Shown: one piece after another, positions 47,441-60,686 of the stretch | How the letters are laid out: the number at the start of each line of letters is the position of its first letter | How positions within the stretch are numbered: position 1 is the stretch's first letter | Origin: Gekko japonicus | Lineage: Eukaryota | Length of the DNA: 64,000 nucleotides | Assembly (NCBI RefSeq): GCF_001447785.1 | Contig: NW_015177030.1 | Coordinates: 613,082-677,081, forward strand | Direction: 5' to 3' | Translations under genes and position numbers: made by a program | The notes under the pieces: generated by a model | The model's input: only the letters and a program-made list of their open reading frames with translations | What the model was told of the DNA's origin: nothing | Database searches by the model: none

Positions 47441-48641
47441 CTGATGAACTGGCGTTCTACAACTTAGTAGTTCTCCTGCTGATCCACTTTGCTCACAGAT
47501 CTCAAGGAGTTCTGGCTTTCTGAGAGGGCCGTCTTTCTCCCTCCCACATTGTTATCAGGATCTTGCGTGTGTGTGAACCACAAGAAGAGGTGTGGGATAT
47601 AAATGTTTCAGCAAATGAATTAATAAATACAGAGAGCCCCGTAGCTCCCCACAGATTGGGGCTGCCGTGGCGAGTCAGTTCCCACCCCACTTTTCCAAGG
47701 CACTTGCTTCCGGATGCCTGGAAACATGTTATCTCGTTTTCTTTTCCTGCCTCTTGCCCCCCTCCCCGGTCTCTGGAATAAACACGCCTTGTCCTTTCCC
47801 CCACATTTATGCAATTCCTCCAGTTTACGTGCTGCTTCACACTTTCTGGCTTGTAAGGAGAAGAGGGCTTGCTCTGTCCAAACCAGCCAGAAGGAGGGAA
47901 CGCATCCTGTGCTGGTGGCAGCGCTGAGTGCAGGAGGCTGGTCTTGCACGCGCACCTTTTGCACATGAGGCCCACAGATATCAGCCTCTCTTTTGGTGCG
48001 CACTATATGCCTCAGCGTGCTTAGAGCGGAGATGGCGGTTTCTCTTACTTGCTGTGGGGATCTGGTGAGGGCAAGAAATAGCAAGAGACAGTAGTGTGAT
48101 TTTTTTACCTTTTCTGGAACACAGCACCCATGCGCCCTCCTGCCTCTCCCCCAGGGCTTGGTTGATGGATTGGGCATAAGACATACCTCAAGGAAGGCCC
48201 TCTGGCCTTCGGGGTCCGGGCTCAGGATTATGCTGTACTTGGAGCTTCAGAGGCCAAAAGCAGCGCCTTGTATGGAGCCTGGAGACAGGTGGGGTAGCCA
48301 GGGCAGAAGGTTTCAGGCTAGTTCAATATGGTCACTGTGGCTGATGCCTTTAAGACTTTTGGGTTGGACCCAGTGAGCTTTGCCCCCTCGGCCCATTCCT
48401 GTCCTCTCTGCATCCCCGGCCCAGCGTGGCTCTTGTCCGTGCAGGTCCTGTGATCCCCACCACAGCATTTGTTGACCTTCCCCCACTTTTCTGCCAGCCA
48501 AAGAGCTGGTGGGATCCAGCCCATCGCCCACCGCATTTGCAGAGAGAAGCCGTTTTTAGCTTAAGACGGAGTGTTGTGCTTAATACGTTTGCATGGCCTC
48601 CCAGCCTCTTTGAGAACCAGGTTAGTTTCACGGGTCGCGGG

Positions 48642-48845
48642 CAGTGTTCCCTCTAAGCTGTGGAGTCTTGTGAGCAAAAATTTTACTTTGTGAGCTACTG
48701 GCATTAAAGTTGTGAGTGAGCGATTTGGCTACTGCATCAATTAGTTTTCTCTGAAGCCATCCTTCCTGAGCTAAAACAAAAATGTGTGAGCCGGAGGCTA
48801 AAAAACTGAGCTGGCTCACACTAACTCAGCTTAGAGGGAACACTG
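48642..48845 (-). mobile_element. hAT-type MITE with perfect TIRs and 8-bp TSD GTCGYGGG
   Basis: CAGTGTTCCCTCTAAGCTG...CAGCTTAGAGGGAACACTG; TSD at 48634-48641 and 48846-48853. Confidence 0.9.
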
Positions 48846-49426
48846 GTCGTGGGCATCTTACTCCAAGACACACACACACACCCACTGCTAGTCCGTGTGG
48901 TCTGCTGTCTCAGCAGGGAAAAGAAACGCCAAAAAAGGTTCCAGCTCCAAGGAGTGGTGAGCATAGCAACCACACTGGAGTCCATAGCAACACCACCCAC
49001 AGCCACCGATTACAAAATGGTGCCCCCCCCCCCAAGCAGCCGCAGATAGAAACAGCCAGCCAGTCTATGGCCAAGTGTGCCACCCGTGCCGCATCGGGAG
49101 CGGCGATCTGAGAGCAAATACGCTGCCCGGGGCTGCCCTTGCCTTGGGTTCCTGCGCTTGGCCGAGAGCATTCTGCAGGCTGTAGAGTCGCAGGTAGAGC
49201 TGTACTTGCTGTGGGCACGAAGCCGTGGTGGTTGGACAGGGGTCAAACTGACGGCATTGGGTGGTGCAGGAGCCAGCACAAGCCAGGGCAGGAAGCCACG
49301 GGGCCCTGCCACGGCGGTGCATTTTGCGGGCTCAGCAGCTGGTTGGCCCCGCACTGGGAGTGAGGTCTGTTGTTTCCTTTCCCCATATCGGTGGGCTCCC
49401 TAATAAGAGCCACCTGCTCTAGGAGC

Positions 49427-49699
49427 AAGAAGAGGAAGAGGAGATCGGATTTATACCCCGCCCTTCACTACCCAAGGGAGTCTCAGAATGGCTTACAAAC
49501 TCCTTTCCCTTCCCCTCCCCACAACAGACACCCTGAGAGGTGGGCAGGGCTGAGAGAGCTCTGACAGAAACTGCTCTTTTCCAAGGACAGCTGTGCCAGA
49601 ACTATGGCTTGCCCAAGGTCATCCAGCAGGTGCAAGTGGAAGAGTGGGGAGTCAAACCCGGTTCTCCCAGATTAGAGTCCGCACACTTAACCAAACTGG
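49427..49699 (-). mobile_element. Squam3-like SINE
   Basis: Full body matches the 47015 copy. Confidence 0.85.
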
Positions 49700-50329
49700 T
49701 GTCCTGAGTCCAAGCCTTCCACCCGCAGTGTGAGCGATGGGTGTGAGAGAGCGGCCCCAGCTTAGGTGCGCAGTACATTCCCCTCTGAGGGAAGGGGGGC
49801 CGATTCGGTCCCTTGCTCTCCCCCCCCCCTTGGAGGATCCCTGCTCCCATTCCAAGAAGGCAGGGGGACCCTCGCAGTCGCTCCCACGTTAGCTGAATGG
49901 GGGTGAGAGGAGCTCCCCGGCCCTGCTGCTTTTGCAGGGGATTCGCAGAGCCCCGTGGGGACTGGGATCCCTGTTTGTGCCACGCAGCATTTCTCTAAAC
50001 AGTAGTTGTTGTTTTTTTTTAATGAAGACCTGTCGTTTAAATCAAAGCACACTTCTTGCCTTAATATGATCCTTGGGATTTTGTCCATGCTGGGTGGTTT
50101 CCGTTTCCTTGGTGCTGCTCCAGGCAAGTGCCAGCCATCCCTCAGTCTATGTTGGGAAGAAACTACAAGCTAATATTTGGCTGGGCGAGTAACCATAGAA
50201 ACCTGCTGGAGGGCAAGGCCATCCCCAGAGCACAGGAGTTTCTGCTGTCTGCGATTTGGGAAGGTGTTTCCGAAAGCCACTGGAACGTAACCTTGGAGCT
50301 AGAGATGGGAAGGCCTAGGAAATACTGGG

Positions 50330-50655
50330 GGGGGGAGAGATTCACACATACCTCCCCCCCCAGTGACCCCTGCTCTGTGCCCAGAAGAGGGGGAGGGAAC
50401 CCTCCAGGTTCTCCGGCCAAACTGGCCTGGAGAAAAATTGCTTCCTGACCCCAGAGTGGCGATCAGCATTTCCCTGGGCATGTAAAAAAAGGGCCGCAAG
50501 GACTAAGCCCTGAGGCAGCCCTTCCCCCCCCCCCTTCGAGTTCACAGAATCAGCACTGTTGTCCGATGGGCCCATCTAGCCTCTGTTTGAAAGCCTCCCA
50601 AGAAGGAGAGCCCGCCACCTCCCGAGGAAGCCTGTTCCACGGAGGAACCGCCCTA
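50330..50655 (-). mobile_element. CR1 3' end / UTR fragment
   Basis: Minus-strand peptide WNRLPREVAGSPSWEAFKQRLD. Confidence 0.65.
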
Positions 50656-50764
50656 GCTCTTGTCGTCCATGGTTCTGGAGTAGGCCGTGGGTGGTCTGGT
50701 GCTGACACCCAGTCTCGCCCTCTCTCTGCTTGAATCTCCTGGGGGATCTGAGAAAGCTCTTGAG

Positions 50765-51320
50765 CCGCTGATGGACTGCTGTGGCTCAGCAGCTCAAGCT
50801 GAACAAGCTGAAGCTGAACCCTGACAGGATGGCGGCAGTGCCCGTGGGGAAGGCAGAGGTCCCGGAGGTCCCAAAGGGCGTGCCACTTACCCACCTCTGG
50901 TGGGGTCCAGCAGGTGCCGCCAACGATCTGGCGCTATTCAGTAGCAAGAGGTGCTTGACCTGGTTGATCTGGCCGTGTGGATCCCTGCCAGGGTGACCTC
51001 GAGACTTAGACTACTCTAATGCACCCTGCGGGGGGTCTGTCTGCCCCTGAGGTCAACTCGGGGAAAATCCAGCGGATACAGAACGATGCAGCTCGGTGAC
51101 TATCAGGAGGTGGGAGCTGGGGGGGGGGGTAGTGACTGCAGTGGTTGCTGGTCAGTGACCGGGTTCAGTTCAAGGCCGTGGCTGTCCCACAGCAAGCCCT
51201 CCTTGGCCTGGGACCCACAGCGCCTGTTCTCCGCCACGGCAGCTGTGCTTCTGATAGACGTGGTCGTTCCAGTGGGTAAGATCTGCAGTTGCCCGTCCTG
51301 GGGCGCCTTCTCCCTTGTGG
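50765..51320 (+). mobile_element. Degenerate L2 fragment
   Basis: KLNKLKLNPD, TSRLRLL/YSNA remnants, TTCTCCCTTGTGGCCCC. Confidence 0.5.
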
Positions 51321-53853
51321 CCCCCGCCGGGGCATCAGGGAGGCTGTCACGCTCTGGTCGCTCTGCAGACCGTATAATGCGGAATTGTTCTTTCCGTAGT
51401 AGAATGGAAGGCTTTCTCCTGCCCTCGCTGCATCGTCTTCTACTTTTGTAGCTCCACTTTCTGAATGGTCTGTGACAGACCATGTCCACGTCCGATACTT
51501 TTTTCTTTTTGCACTGGTCTACGGGATGTCCTGTGCTGTCTGATTACCTTGTTTTATATTGGTCGATCTGCCTTGAGTCTCGGCAAGGAAAGCTGGGCTG
51601 TCAGTAAAGTAGGTAAATAAAGATGTGTCGCCCTGGCCAACAGAAGAGAGAACAACCCCAGCAGAGGGGGAAGCCAGTTGGAGAGGGGAGGGCACCACTT
51701 GGAAATGGGGCCACCTCCCTCCCTTGGGAGCGTGTATTGATCATCGTCTGGCAGCTGGGGCTGTTTGTCAGAAGGGAATGGGGGGGGGAGGGGGGGAGCA
51801 GCATCTTTTCCTTTTGGGCCAAGCGCAGGACCAGACAGAAGTCGGTCAGGGATGGGAAGGCCACGGTCATGCCAGTGTTAGTCTCTGGCTGTGGCTGTGG
51901 CCACGCATGTTTCCGCAGCAGAAGGAGGAAGAGGCCACTTCGTTAGCGTTCCAGGGGCTCCGTATTGCCTTCCTCTCCCACCCTTTCTCCCCCCCCATCC
52001 CCCCCATTGTGCTTCAGTCTTCTCAGTCCCTGTGGAAGCATTCTGAATGAAGCCTGCTGGCATTTGCCTGGTGCCCCCCTTCTGAACGTGCTCTGAGCGG
52101 AGTGGGGGTGCCTCTGCTTGGCACGCCAGAGGTCCCAGGTTCAGCCCCCGACATCTCCCGTTGAAAGAGGGCCAGGCAACAGGTGAGGGGAAGGACGAGA
52201 CCAGCCTCCATGGTGGTTTCACGTGTGCTGCTGCCCCTTTGTTCTGCAGTGCCCCCCCACACACACACACACTGTGGCTGGCCTTCCCTCAGAGCCCCAG
52301 GCCTCGGCTCGATTTCCCCTGTCAGCTCCCCCTGGGGTCTGAGGCCAGGGCTTAGGCCGGACACACGCACCCCATGCCCCCCTCCCCCAGCAGTCTCTGT
52401 CTGGCAGATTGGCCTGTTCCCCTTGCAGGAGAGAATCCTGGGATTCCAGGCAAGGCACAGCTTCACAGATGCGGCTGTGAAATAGGACCCCCTCGCTTGG
52501 CTACAGCCCTTGGAGGGGGGAGGGGGCCGACAGCCGCTCCTGCTGCTGCTGTCAGGAAGGCACCGAGAGGCGCTGCAAGGCCCTACCGGCCTCCAGAGAA
52601 CCCTGCCTGCTGGCTGGGGCAGGGGTCCTTTTGAAATCTCCACCCCTGCCAGGAAACCAGGGCCGCCCAGCTCCTGCCCACGGGTGAGCCTCAGCCTGGA
52701 GGGGGATCCCTTGTGTGGGCAACCGTGTGCCCAGAGCAGCCGCTGCCCCAGTGGCCTGTTCCTGGCTGGGACCTGCTCGGAATCCTCCTTCCTCCCGCTG
52801 GCTGCTGCCTCTCCTGGCTTAGGATCAAGTGGGGCTCTCCTCCCTGGCTGGTGCAGTGCCAGAATGCCTGGGGGGGGGGACTTGCAGGTTCTCTTGCAAC
52901 CGGTTGAGCCCCCCCCCCTCCGTGGGCCATGAACTGTGTTTGAGAACAGCTAGACTGGAAGTCCAGGAGCACCTCAGGGGCCGAGAATGAGGGTGTGAAC
53001 TTTCAAGATTCAATGCTCCCTTCCGTTGATGAGCCATCACCAGTTCTAGCCTTAAAACTCTCTTGGGGTTTCTTCAGATGGCTCCAAACCTTTGACTAGG
53101 TATGAAATTTCAACACTGTTATTTATTTATATTTTACTCTATATCCTGGCTTGTAACCCAGCGGGGACCTAGAGTGGCTTATGTCATTCTCTTCTCGGTT
53201 TTAACCTCACAACAACCCTGTGAGGTAGGTTGGGCTGCGAGCACGTGACTAGCCCAAGGTCACCCAGCAAGCGTCCGTGGCACAATTCGAACCTGGGTCT
53301 CCATTGGACTACACTGGCTGACATGCTGCGCTAGAGAGGCCTGATTTACCCAGCACCTTATTCTCCCCGTGGTTTAGATAGATCAAGGGGGATCACATCC
53401 AAGCTTCCTGTCTGTCTAGTAGCACCTTTTCAAGCCCACTGTTGTCTTTATGGGCCTCCCTTTTCAAAAAGTACCAACCGCCATATGATGCCCAGTGCAA
53501 ACACCAGTGAGGCAGTGTGGGGGAGTGGCTAGAGTGTCGGGCTAGGATCTGTGAGACCCAGGTTCGAATCCCCACGCAGCCATTGAAGCTTGCTGGGTGA
53601 CCTTGGGCCAGTGACACATTCTCAGCCTTACCTACCTCACAGGGTAGTTGTGAGGGTAAAATAAAGGAAAGGAGAACGATGTAAGTTGCTTTGGGTCCTC
53701 ATTGGGCAGAAGGGGGGGGGTATAAATGAAGTGAAGAAGATGAAGAGTTGGATGTATACCCCATGGCCCATCACCCGGGAGTCACAGATCGGCTTTCAGC
53801 CTCCTTCCCTTCCTCGCCCCACAACAGACACCCTTGTGAGGTCTGTGGGACTC

Positions 53854-54624
53854 CGTGTTCCCTCTAAGCTCCACAGTGTTTTGAGCAAAAATTCTACCTC
53901 GTGAACGGGAAAAGGCTTGTAGCATTAAAGTTGTGAGCGAGTCTACGTTTGACTATTGCGTAAATTAGTTTTTTAGAAAATGACTTCTGTACCCTTGTAA
54001 AAATCTCAGAATGAATTCTTTTAAACTACATTTTAAGTCCACTCGGTTTTTTAGTGAAATATGAAAAATTACAGGCCACGTCTAACAGAGGAGGAAGAGC
54101 AATCACTGTCAGAACCCTCTGTGTAACCTAACAAACAGGAAGTTGCTTAAATTTTATCAGCCTGCCCAAACTACTTATTCAAATATTTATATCCTCTTTT
54201 CCCATGTGACTCAAGGCAGCTTACAAATCATACGGTAAAACATAATATGAGTGTGCAAAAAAAATAATGATTTCCCCCCCAGCTCCATTATAGCCTCTGG
54301 GAACCATTATAGTCAATGGGCCCCATAGGCTGCAATGGAGAATTGATCTGGGGCTCTTGAGGCGGCTGTTTTTTGAGGTAGAGGCCCCAGCTTTGCAGCA
54401 CAACTGCTGGCGCCTCTCCTAAAAAAAACAACACCCAAGTTTCAAAAAGATTGGACTAAGGGGTCCAGTTGTTTGAGCCCCAGAAGGAGCTGTCCCCATT
54501 CTCCATTGTTTCCAGGGGAGGGGGAAATGGCTTATCGGTTTACTTGTGAGCTGAAGATAAAATCGCTGAGCTGCCAGCTAAAATTTTGTGCGCCAGCACC
54601 CCCTAACACAACTTAGAGGGAACT
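53854..54624 (-). mobile_element. Longer (~770 bp) member of the hAT MITE family with extra internal sequence
   Basis: Left TIR GTGTTCCCTCTAAGCT at 53855; right TIR CTTAGAGGGAAC ending at 54623. Confidence 0.6.
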
Positions 54625-54629
54625 CTACC

Positions 54630-54789
54630 GGGCTGAGAGAGCTCTGAGAGAACTGCTTTTGACAGAACAGCTCTGAGAGAACTGTGACTGGCCCAAGGTC
54701 GCCCAGCTGGCTGCATGTGGAGGAGTGCGGAATCAAACCCGGTTCTCCATAGTAGCGTCCACCGCTCTTAACCTCTACACCAAACTGGA
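54630..54789 (-). mobile_element. Squam3-like SINE, 5' half
   Basis: GGAATCAAACCCGGTTCTCC..ACACCAAACTGG. Confidence 0.75.
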
Positions 54790-56259
54790 TCAACACCTGT
54801 TGCCCAGCGACTGTGTTTTTGTGGTGCCCCAGAACTGGAGGGCTTCCCCCACCCCATCTTGCTCCGTCCCTTTTTGTCAGGAGCCTAGCAACAGACTCCT
54901 CGTGGGTATTTTGGCTCACCCAATCTTCAGTGGTGGAGAAAATCAATCTATCTTTTACCTGGCGCTGTTCGTTAAGCTGCTCGCGGGTTATCTATCACTG
55001 TATGCGGCGACTGCCAAGGAATTCCGTGCCGAAGCTTTGCATGGCGTTCGTTTGATTTGGTGTGCTTCTAGGGCTTGGGAGTTTTAACCTCACTCTTTTT
55101 TTAATCTGCTTTTACTGTTGTTGCTGCTCTTGATTTTTTGGGTTACTATTAGCATTGGATGTGTTGGTTTTTAATATTAAGACTGTTTGGTCCCCGGCAA
55201 TAACCTTTCCTGCTGCAGTTCCCTCCATGCGGTCCTCCTGTCCCGCTGATGCCTCTCTTGAGGGCTCCCCCGGCAGCAGGCCTGGCTTAGTCCTTGAGTG
55301 GGGAGGGTGGAGCCCCGCAGGGAGAGCCTCAGCCCCCCCCCCCCGAATATTTTCAGCTGGCAAGAAACCTCAAGGCAGCAGCTGTGGCATTGCCAGTCTT
55401 AACACTCTTGAGTGGGGCGGCAAGGACTTCCTGTTTCCTCCCCCCCCCCCCAGCAACTGTTGGCCTCAACGTGAGGCTTTGTAGGCGGGTCGGCCCTGCC
55501 GCTCCCCCTGGGGGGAAGCCCCCCCCTCCAGCTTTCCACCTGCCCCTGCTGACAGCTGGAATGTGCGGAGAGCCTGAAGGAGCCATTCCTGTTCCCAAAA
55601 ACCCTCCTTTGTAGCCAAGAAAGGAAACATCTGGGTTTTTTAAAAAGGAATTATTTTTAGCTAGGGGTCTGGAGCTGCCCCCTCCCCGATGGGGATGGGT
55701 GGGTTGGCTCTGCCTTTCTCCTTCCCCCTTCTTCTGTGGTCTTGCTTCTGGGGGGGGGGGCAGCTGTTTGCTCCTTTCGGGCTGGTGGTGGGGGTCTGCC
55801 AAGGGTCAGCTTCTTGCAGCCGTGTGCTTTGGAGGTGGGGGGGCCCCTCAGGCCACATCCAGGCGGGGGCCCTCCAGCCAGAGAATCTGCACAGCAACAC
55901 CAACTGCAGGTGTGTGTGACACTGAGAGTGGTCAGCCTGAGCTGTTGAGAGCTCTGGCCACGTGGGTCTCATATCACACACAGTTCAGTTTTGCAGCCCT
56001 CAGTGGCACTGTGCAGTCAGTCCTCGCCAAGAGAGTCCCAAATCACGTGGGTGGGGGCAGGTGGGATCCCCAGGAGAAGGAGCCATTTTGCCAAATAGGG
56101 AGGCGGGGGCACGGATCTCGGCCCCCCGGAGTTTGTCTCTCGGCCCATCAAAGCCGCCTCTCCTGCCACCCCTCCCAGCCCCTTCCGCTGAGGTTCCCTG
56201 TGTCTGCCCTGAATTCAGCAAAATGGTGTGGCTCTTTATTCATTCATTTATACCTAGGT

Positions 56260-56540
56260 AAGAAGAAGAAGAGGAGGAGACTGGATTTATACCCTGCCCT
56301 TCACTACCCAAAGGTGTCTCAGAGCGGCTTACAAACCCCTTCCCCTCCCCACCACAGACACCCCCTGTGAGGTAGGTGGTGCTGAGAGAGCTCTTTCAGG
56401 GACTGCTCTTGAGAGAACAGCCCTTATCAGAAATATGGCTTGCCCAAGATCATCCAGCCAGGTGCAGGTGGAGGAGTGGGGAATCAAACCCGGTTCTCCC
56501 AGATCAGAGTCCGCACACTTAACCACTACACCAAACTGGC
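56260..56540 (-). mobile_element. Squam3-like SINE, full length
   Basis: Complete head, body and (CTT)n tail. Confidence 0.85.
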
Positions 56541-57087
56541 GTACCCTGCTTTTTCTCTCCATTGGAGACCCAGAGCAGTGGAAAGCTGCCTCCTCCTCCT
56601 CCTCCTCCTCTCTGCCCCGTGAGGTAGGTCAGACCAGGAGAGCATGTGACTGTCCCAAGGTAACCCAGTGAGCCTCCTCAGTTAGAGGGACCATTGGAAC
56701 CCAGGGCACCTCCACCCTGTGGCCTCTCATCCTGCACTGTTCGGGGGGGGGCTGTTTTCTTGTTGGACCGCTCAGAGGAGAGTCCCCGTTGCAGCTCCGC
56801 TCTGGGTGTCCTGAGTGAGGAGTTCACTTTTATCCAGTGGTTAGTGGAGAGTCGGGGTTTCCCAGGCGTCCCAGGTGTAGCTGTGGAGGGAGGCCGTCTG
56901 GCCAGGGAAGCACAAAACAGTGGCTGGCTGAGAACCAGTTTCTTTGGTCTCCACGTCGGGCCGGGGGTGGGGGGGAAGCACCGTCCCTGTCTTTCTGGTC
57001 CCCCCCAGGACGGCAGGTTCCTGGAGAAGCCAGTTATGATCAGGCGTAGTACGGAGGCAGCAACCCTTCTCTGTCTCACGTAGTGCA

Positions 57088-57127
<40 letters not shown>

Positions 57128-57567
57128 TTCTGAAGAAAGAGTGGAAGGAATGAAGTTCACAAAGAGAGGCCTGGCAGGAAGTCCTCTGCGGGGTGTGTGT
57201 GCGTGGAGTCTCCTCCTTCCTCTCCATGAGCGGTTTTGACCGAAACCTCTTTCTCAAAGCGCTCTTTTGTTCTATTTAATTGTCTGGGACCGCCCAGAGA
57301 CAAAGGTGTGTGTGTGTGGGGGGGGGGCAATACCCGGGTACCTCCAAGGTCTGGTCTCTGCCCCTCCCACTGGATCTCTTCCAGCTGCTCAGGGAAGCCG
57401 CTGCTTCTCGTGCCTCCGGGCTGCTCGGTGGGCCAGGGGAGGGTTGTCCTCAGGGCCCATCGACCCCTGTGGGGTCCCTGGACTCGGTCCGCTTGCCTCA
57501 GTGTGTTCAGGAGCAATGTTGACTGGTGACATGGTGGATCGGGCTTGGGATGGGCCCACTTTGCCAC

Positions 57568-57833
57568 TTTGGTGTCGTGGTTTAGTGCGCGGACTCTAAT
57601 CTGGGAGAACCGGGTTTGATTCCCCCACTCCTCCACTTGCAGCTGCTGGTGTGACCTTGGGTCAGTCACAAGTTCTCTCAGAGCTGTTCTCGAAGGAGCT
57701 CTCTCAGCCCCACCTACCTCACAGGGTGTCTGTTGTGGGGAGGGGAAGGGGAAGGAGTTTGTCAGCCGCCCTGAGACACCTTCTGGTAGTTAGGGCGGGG
57801 TATAGATCCAATCTCTTCTTCTTCTTCTTCTTC
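57568..57833 (+). mobile_element. Squam3-like SINE, full length
   Basis: Head, body and (CTT)n tail. Confidence 0.85.
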
Positions 57834-58265
57834 ACTTGAACACAGTCGTTGGACTCAGAAAGTCCGGCTGCCCAGTGTCCCCTGGTCTGCGATGCTGCAT
57901 AAGCTGCACTGTCACTTCAAAATAAAAGCCAGCAAACGGGGAGGCCTGGGACAGGTTCCCTCACGAGAGTCGTGGGCTAAGGACAGGCCTGGGGGGCGAG
58001 GAGGACCATGGAACTTAGAGGGGCCCAAATGGAAAAGTGGCCTAAGCAGGCATGATAAACTGCCCCATACGCAATGCAGAAAGTGCCTTCCAAACGTCAA
58101 AGGCAGTGCAGTGAAAGCACGAGGATGCACACAGTGGTCGCTGGGACAGGCTACTGTCCTGGTGCCCTGTTTCACTGCAGCTCTAATCCCTTTATAAAAA
58201 CACCCTGCTAAAGAACTGTTTCACTCCTCCTGTGGGGTGACAGGAGCCTTCCAGTTTGGTTCAGT

Positions 58266-58555
58266 GAGAGAGCCAGTCTGGTGCAGTGGTTAAGTGCACG
58301 GACTCTAATCTGGGAGAACCGGATTTGATTCCCCACTCCTCCGCTTGCACCTGCTGATGTGACCTTGGGTCAGTCACAAGCTCTGGCACAGCTGTTCCTG
58401 AAAGAGCAGTTTGTGTCAGAGTTCTCCCAGCCCCACCCACCTCACAGGGGGTGTCTGTTGTGGGGAGGGGAAGGCAAAGGAGTTTGTCAGCCACTCTGAG
58501 ACTCCAAGTGAAGGGCAGGGTATAAATCCAATCTCTTCTCTTCTTCTTCCTCTTC
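58266..58555 (+). mobile_element. Squam3-like SINE, full length
   Basis: GAGAGAGCCAGTCTGGTGCAGTGGTTAAGTG...TATAAATCCAATCTCTTCT. Confidence 0.85.
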
Positions 58556-58614
58556 CTGGCCCCCTTAGGCAGGCTTTTCCACAAGGTGTGTGTGTGGGGG
58601 GGGCGCTACGCAGC

Positions 58615-58990
58615 ATGAGCGCATACAGGCAGGAGGCATTCTCAGCCATTGGCTGGGTGGCTCCTTCAGGAGGCTTGGCTCAGGTGAGTGAAGCAAGAAA
58701 GGTTACCCTGTACATCCATGAGTCCAGGCCCTTTGTAGCTGATAACCAGTAGCTTGAATTGAACCTGGTAGCCAGGAGGTCGCTTATGGAGTGACTGCAG
58801 AATGGGTGTGAGATGCACACTCTGTGACAGAGCCATGGGGCATTCTCTGTGCCAAGTGGAGTTTCCAAGTTGACTTCAAGGGCAGACTTGTGTAGAGTGC
58901 ACTGCGGTAGTCTAGAGCCGAGGTAAGGGTAGCCTGGCTCCTTGGGCCAAACCAGCCAGGTGACAAGGGTTACTTCTGGAACCTCCATGG
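58615..58990 (-). mobile_element. Degenerate L2 fragment
   Basis: Minus-strand remnants TSALDYRSALY..LPLKSTWKLHLAQ. Confidence 0.6.
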
Positions 58991-59149
58991 AACCTCTGGT
59001 GTCTCTGAATGCAGATTGCTGGGGGGGGGGGGAGATGTTGGCTCCCTTGCCAGGACTGGGACTTCAGCGCAGCAGAAACGGACGGATTGCAGGTTGAAGG
59101 GAGGCTGCTGCCCTGCCGGTCAGAGTGGCCTGCACGCCAAGCAGAGCAT

Positions 59150-59340
59150 CACGGCCCCAGCTACCCCAGCCCTTTTAGGTCTCAGAAGCAAAGCAGGGTC
59201 GGCTCTAGTCGGTGCTCAGGTGGGAGACCACCGCAGACATCCAGGGTCGCCACGCAGAGGCACCCAGCGACCGACCAACATCTCTCGCCTTGAAAGCCCT
59301 GCAGGGTCGCCGGAAGTCGGCTGTGACTCGGGGGCACCTC
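59150..59340 (+). mobile_element. 5S rRNA-derived SINE
   Basis: TCTCAGAAGC.AAGCAGGGTCGG..TGGGAGACCACC..GCCTTGAAAGCCCT..GGGTCGCC. Confidence 0.65.
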
Positions 59341-60547
59341 CCGTCGCCACCGTGTGCGCAGCCTTTGACGCGTGGCTCTCAGGGCCTCCCCCAGCCGAGC
59401 GCGTGCACTCCTCCAGTGCTGCAGTGGGCAGGCGCAAGGGTTGGCACAGCCTGGCATGACCGGTGCATTGCCAGGAAGGTGGGGCTGTGCTTGCCTCTGG
59501 CACGTGGCTTCCCGGGCCGCAAGCGCTGTGTTGTCCTCTTAACCCGAGGGGGCCGTGTCTGCTTCAGATACCACCACCAGTGCTTCCGGTTTGGTGCCCT
59601 TGCAGGCGGTGAGGGAGGTCTTGTGTGCAGCTTTGAGAAGCGAGTTGTTGGCGCTGCCATTTTTAGCAGGATGTAGCCTTCGGAGCGAAACTGGCCACTG
59701 GGCAAAGTCTTGGCGGGGTGGTGGGGGTGGTTTTTTTTAACACGAGGGGAGCCGCCACCCAGGTCTGCCCAGGTCAGCCTTCTCTCCTCTGACAGGCCCG
59801 ACCACCTGGTCCCTCCCCACGTGCCTGCCAGCCCCTGCTCTGCTACTGAGCCACGGCCTCACGCCACGGATTCTTGCTCAGAGTGGCCTACCTCGCAGTC
59901 TTGCTGTAAGGATCAAATGAAAAGGGGGAGATCCCCGTGCACCACGCTGAGCTCGGTGTAAGGAGGAGGGCGGCAGGGAAGAGCAGAAGGGCTAACCAAG
60001 GAGGCATTTGTTTCTCCCCCTGCCTTCCCACATGCGTGGAACGGGTGGTGCCGTGTCTGGATTGGGGGGTGGGGAGGTGTTTTGTCCTGAGAGCGTTGCT
60101 TCATTTTGCTTTTTCCCCCTGGCAGGGCACAGTTGCTCTCATTTTGCTGTCGGCAGTTGCAGGGCCTCGTTTCCAGGGGTGTTTCTTTAAACTGTTGTTG
60201 CCTGGCGAGTTCTGAGGAAGAGACAGCTGCAGCCGTTGGTGGGGCGGGGCGGGGGGGGGAGGGGGGGAAGGGTTCCTCGTGAGTCCAGAAGCCGAGAAAG
60301 GAGGAAGCCGAAGCCGTTCAGAATGGCCGGAGGTCAGAGAGGGGAGGTGTGTTTCTCTGCGGACTGCCCTAGCGCCGTTCCTCCATCTGCTTGGGAGGCA
60401 GAGGACGGGGTAATCCGAAACTGGGGCCCTGTGTTTTCTTGGCCCAGGAGACAGGGCGTGGTGCCAGCCTGGATCTCAGGGCTTGGGGACACTATGTCGA
60501 GGCCACACAGATTTCCCTGGTTGATCCCCAACAGTCGGCGTGGACAC

Positions 60548-60686
60548 AAGAAGAAGAAGAGAAGAGAAGAGATTGGATTTATACCCTGCCCTGCACTTGG
60601 AGTCTCAGAGCGGCTTACAAACTCCTTTCCCTTCCCCTCCCCACAACAGACACCCTGTGAGGTGGGTGGGGCTGAGAGAACTCTCA
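60548..60686 (-). mobile_element. Squam3-like SINE, 3' half
   Basis: Near-identical to 47015-47140. Confidence 0.8.

Noticed and set aside
54795-55190. 120-aa ORF (54725-55087) and similar unexplained segments at 17345-17620 and 25210-25470
   Set aside because: Look like decayed non-LTR retrotransposon 3' ends; too degenerate to classify and unlikely to be host genes.
58266-58340. Possible tRNA genes at SINE heads
   Set aside because: A/B-box heads run directly into a repeated SINE body; no intact cloverleaf.
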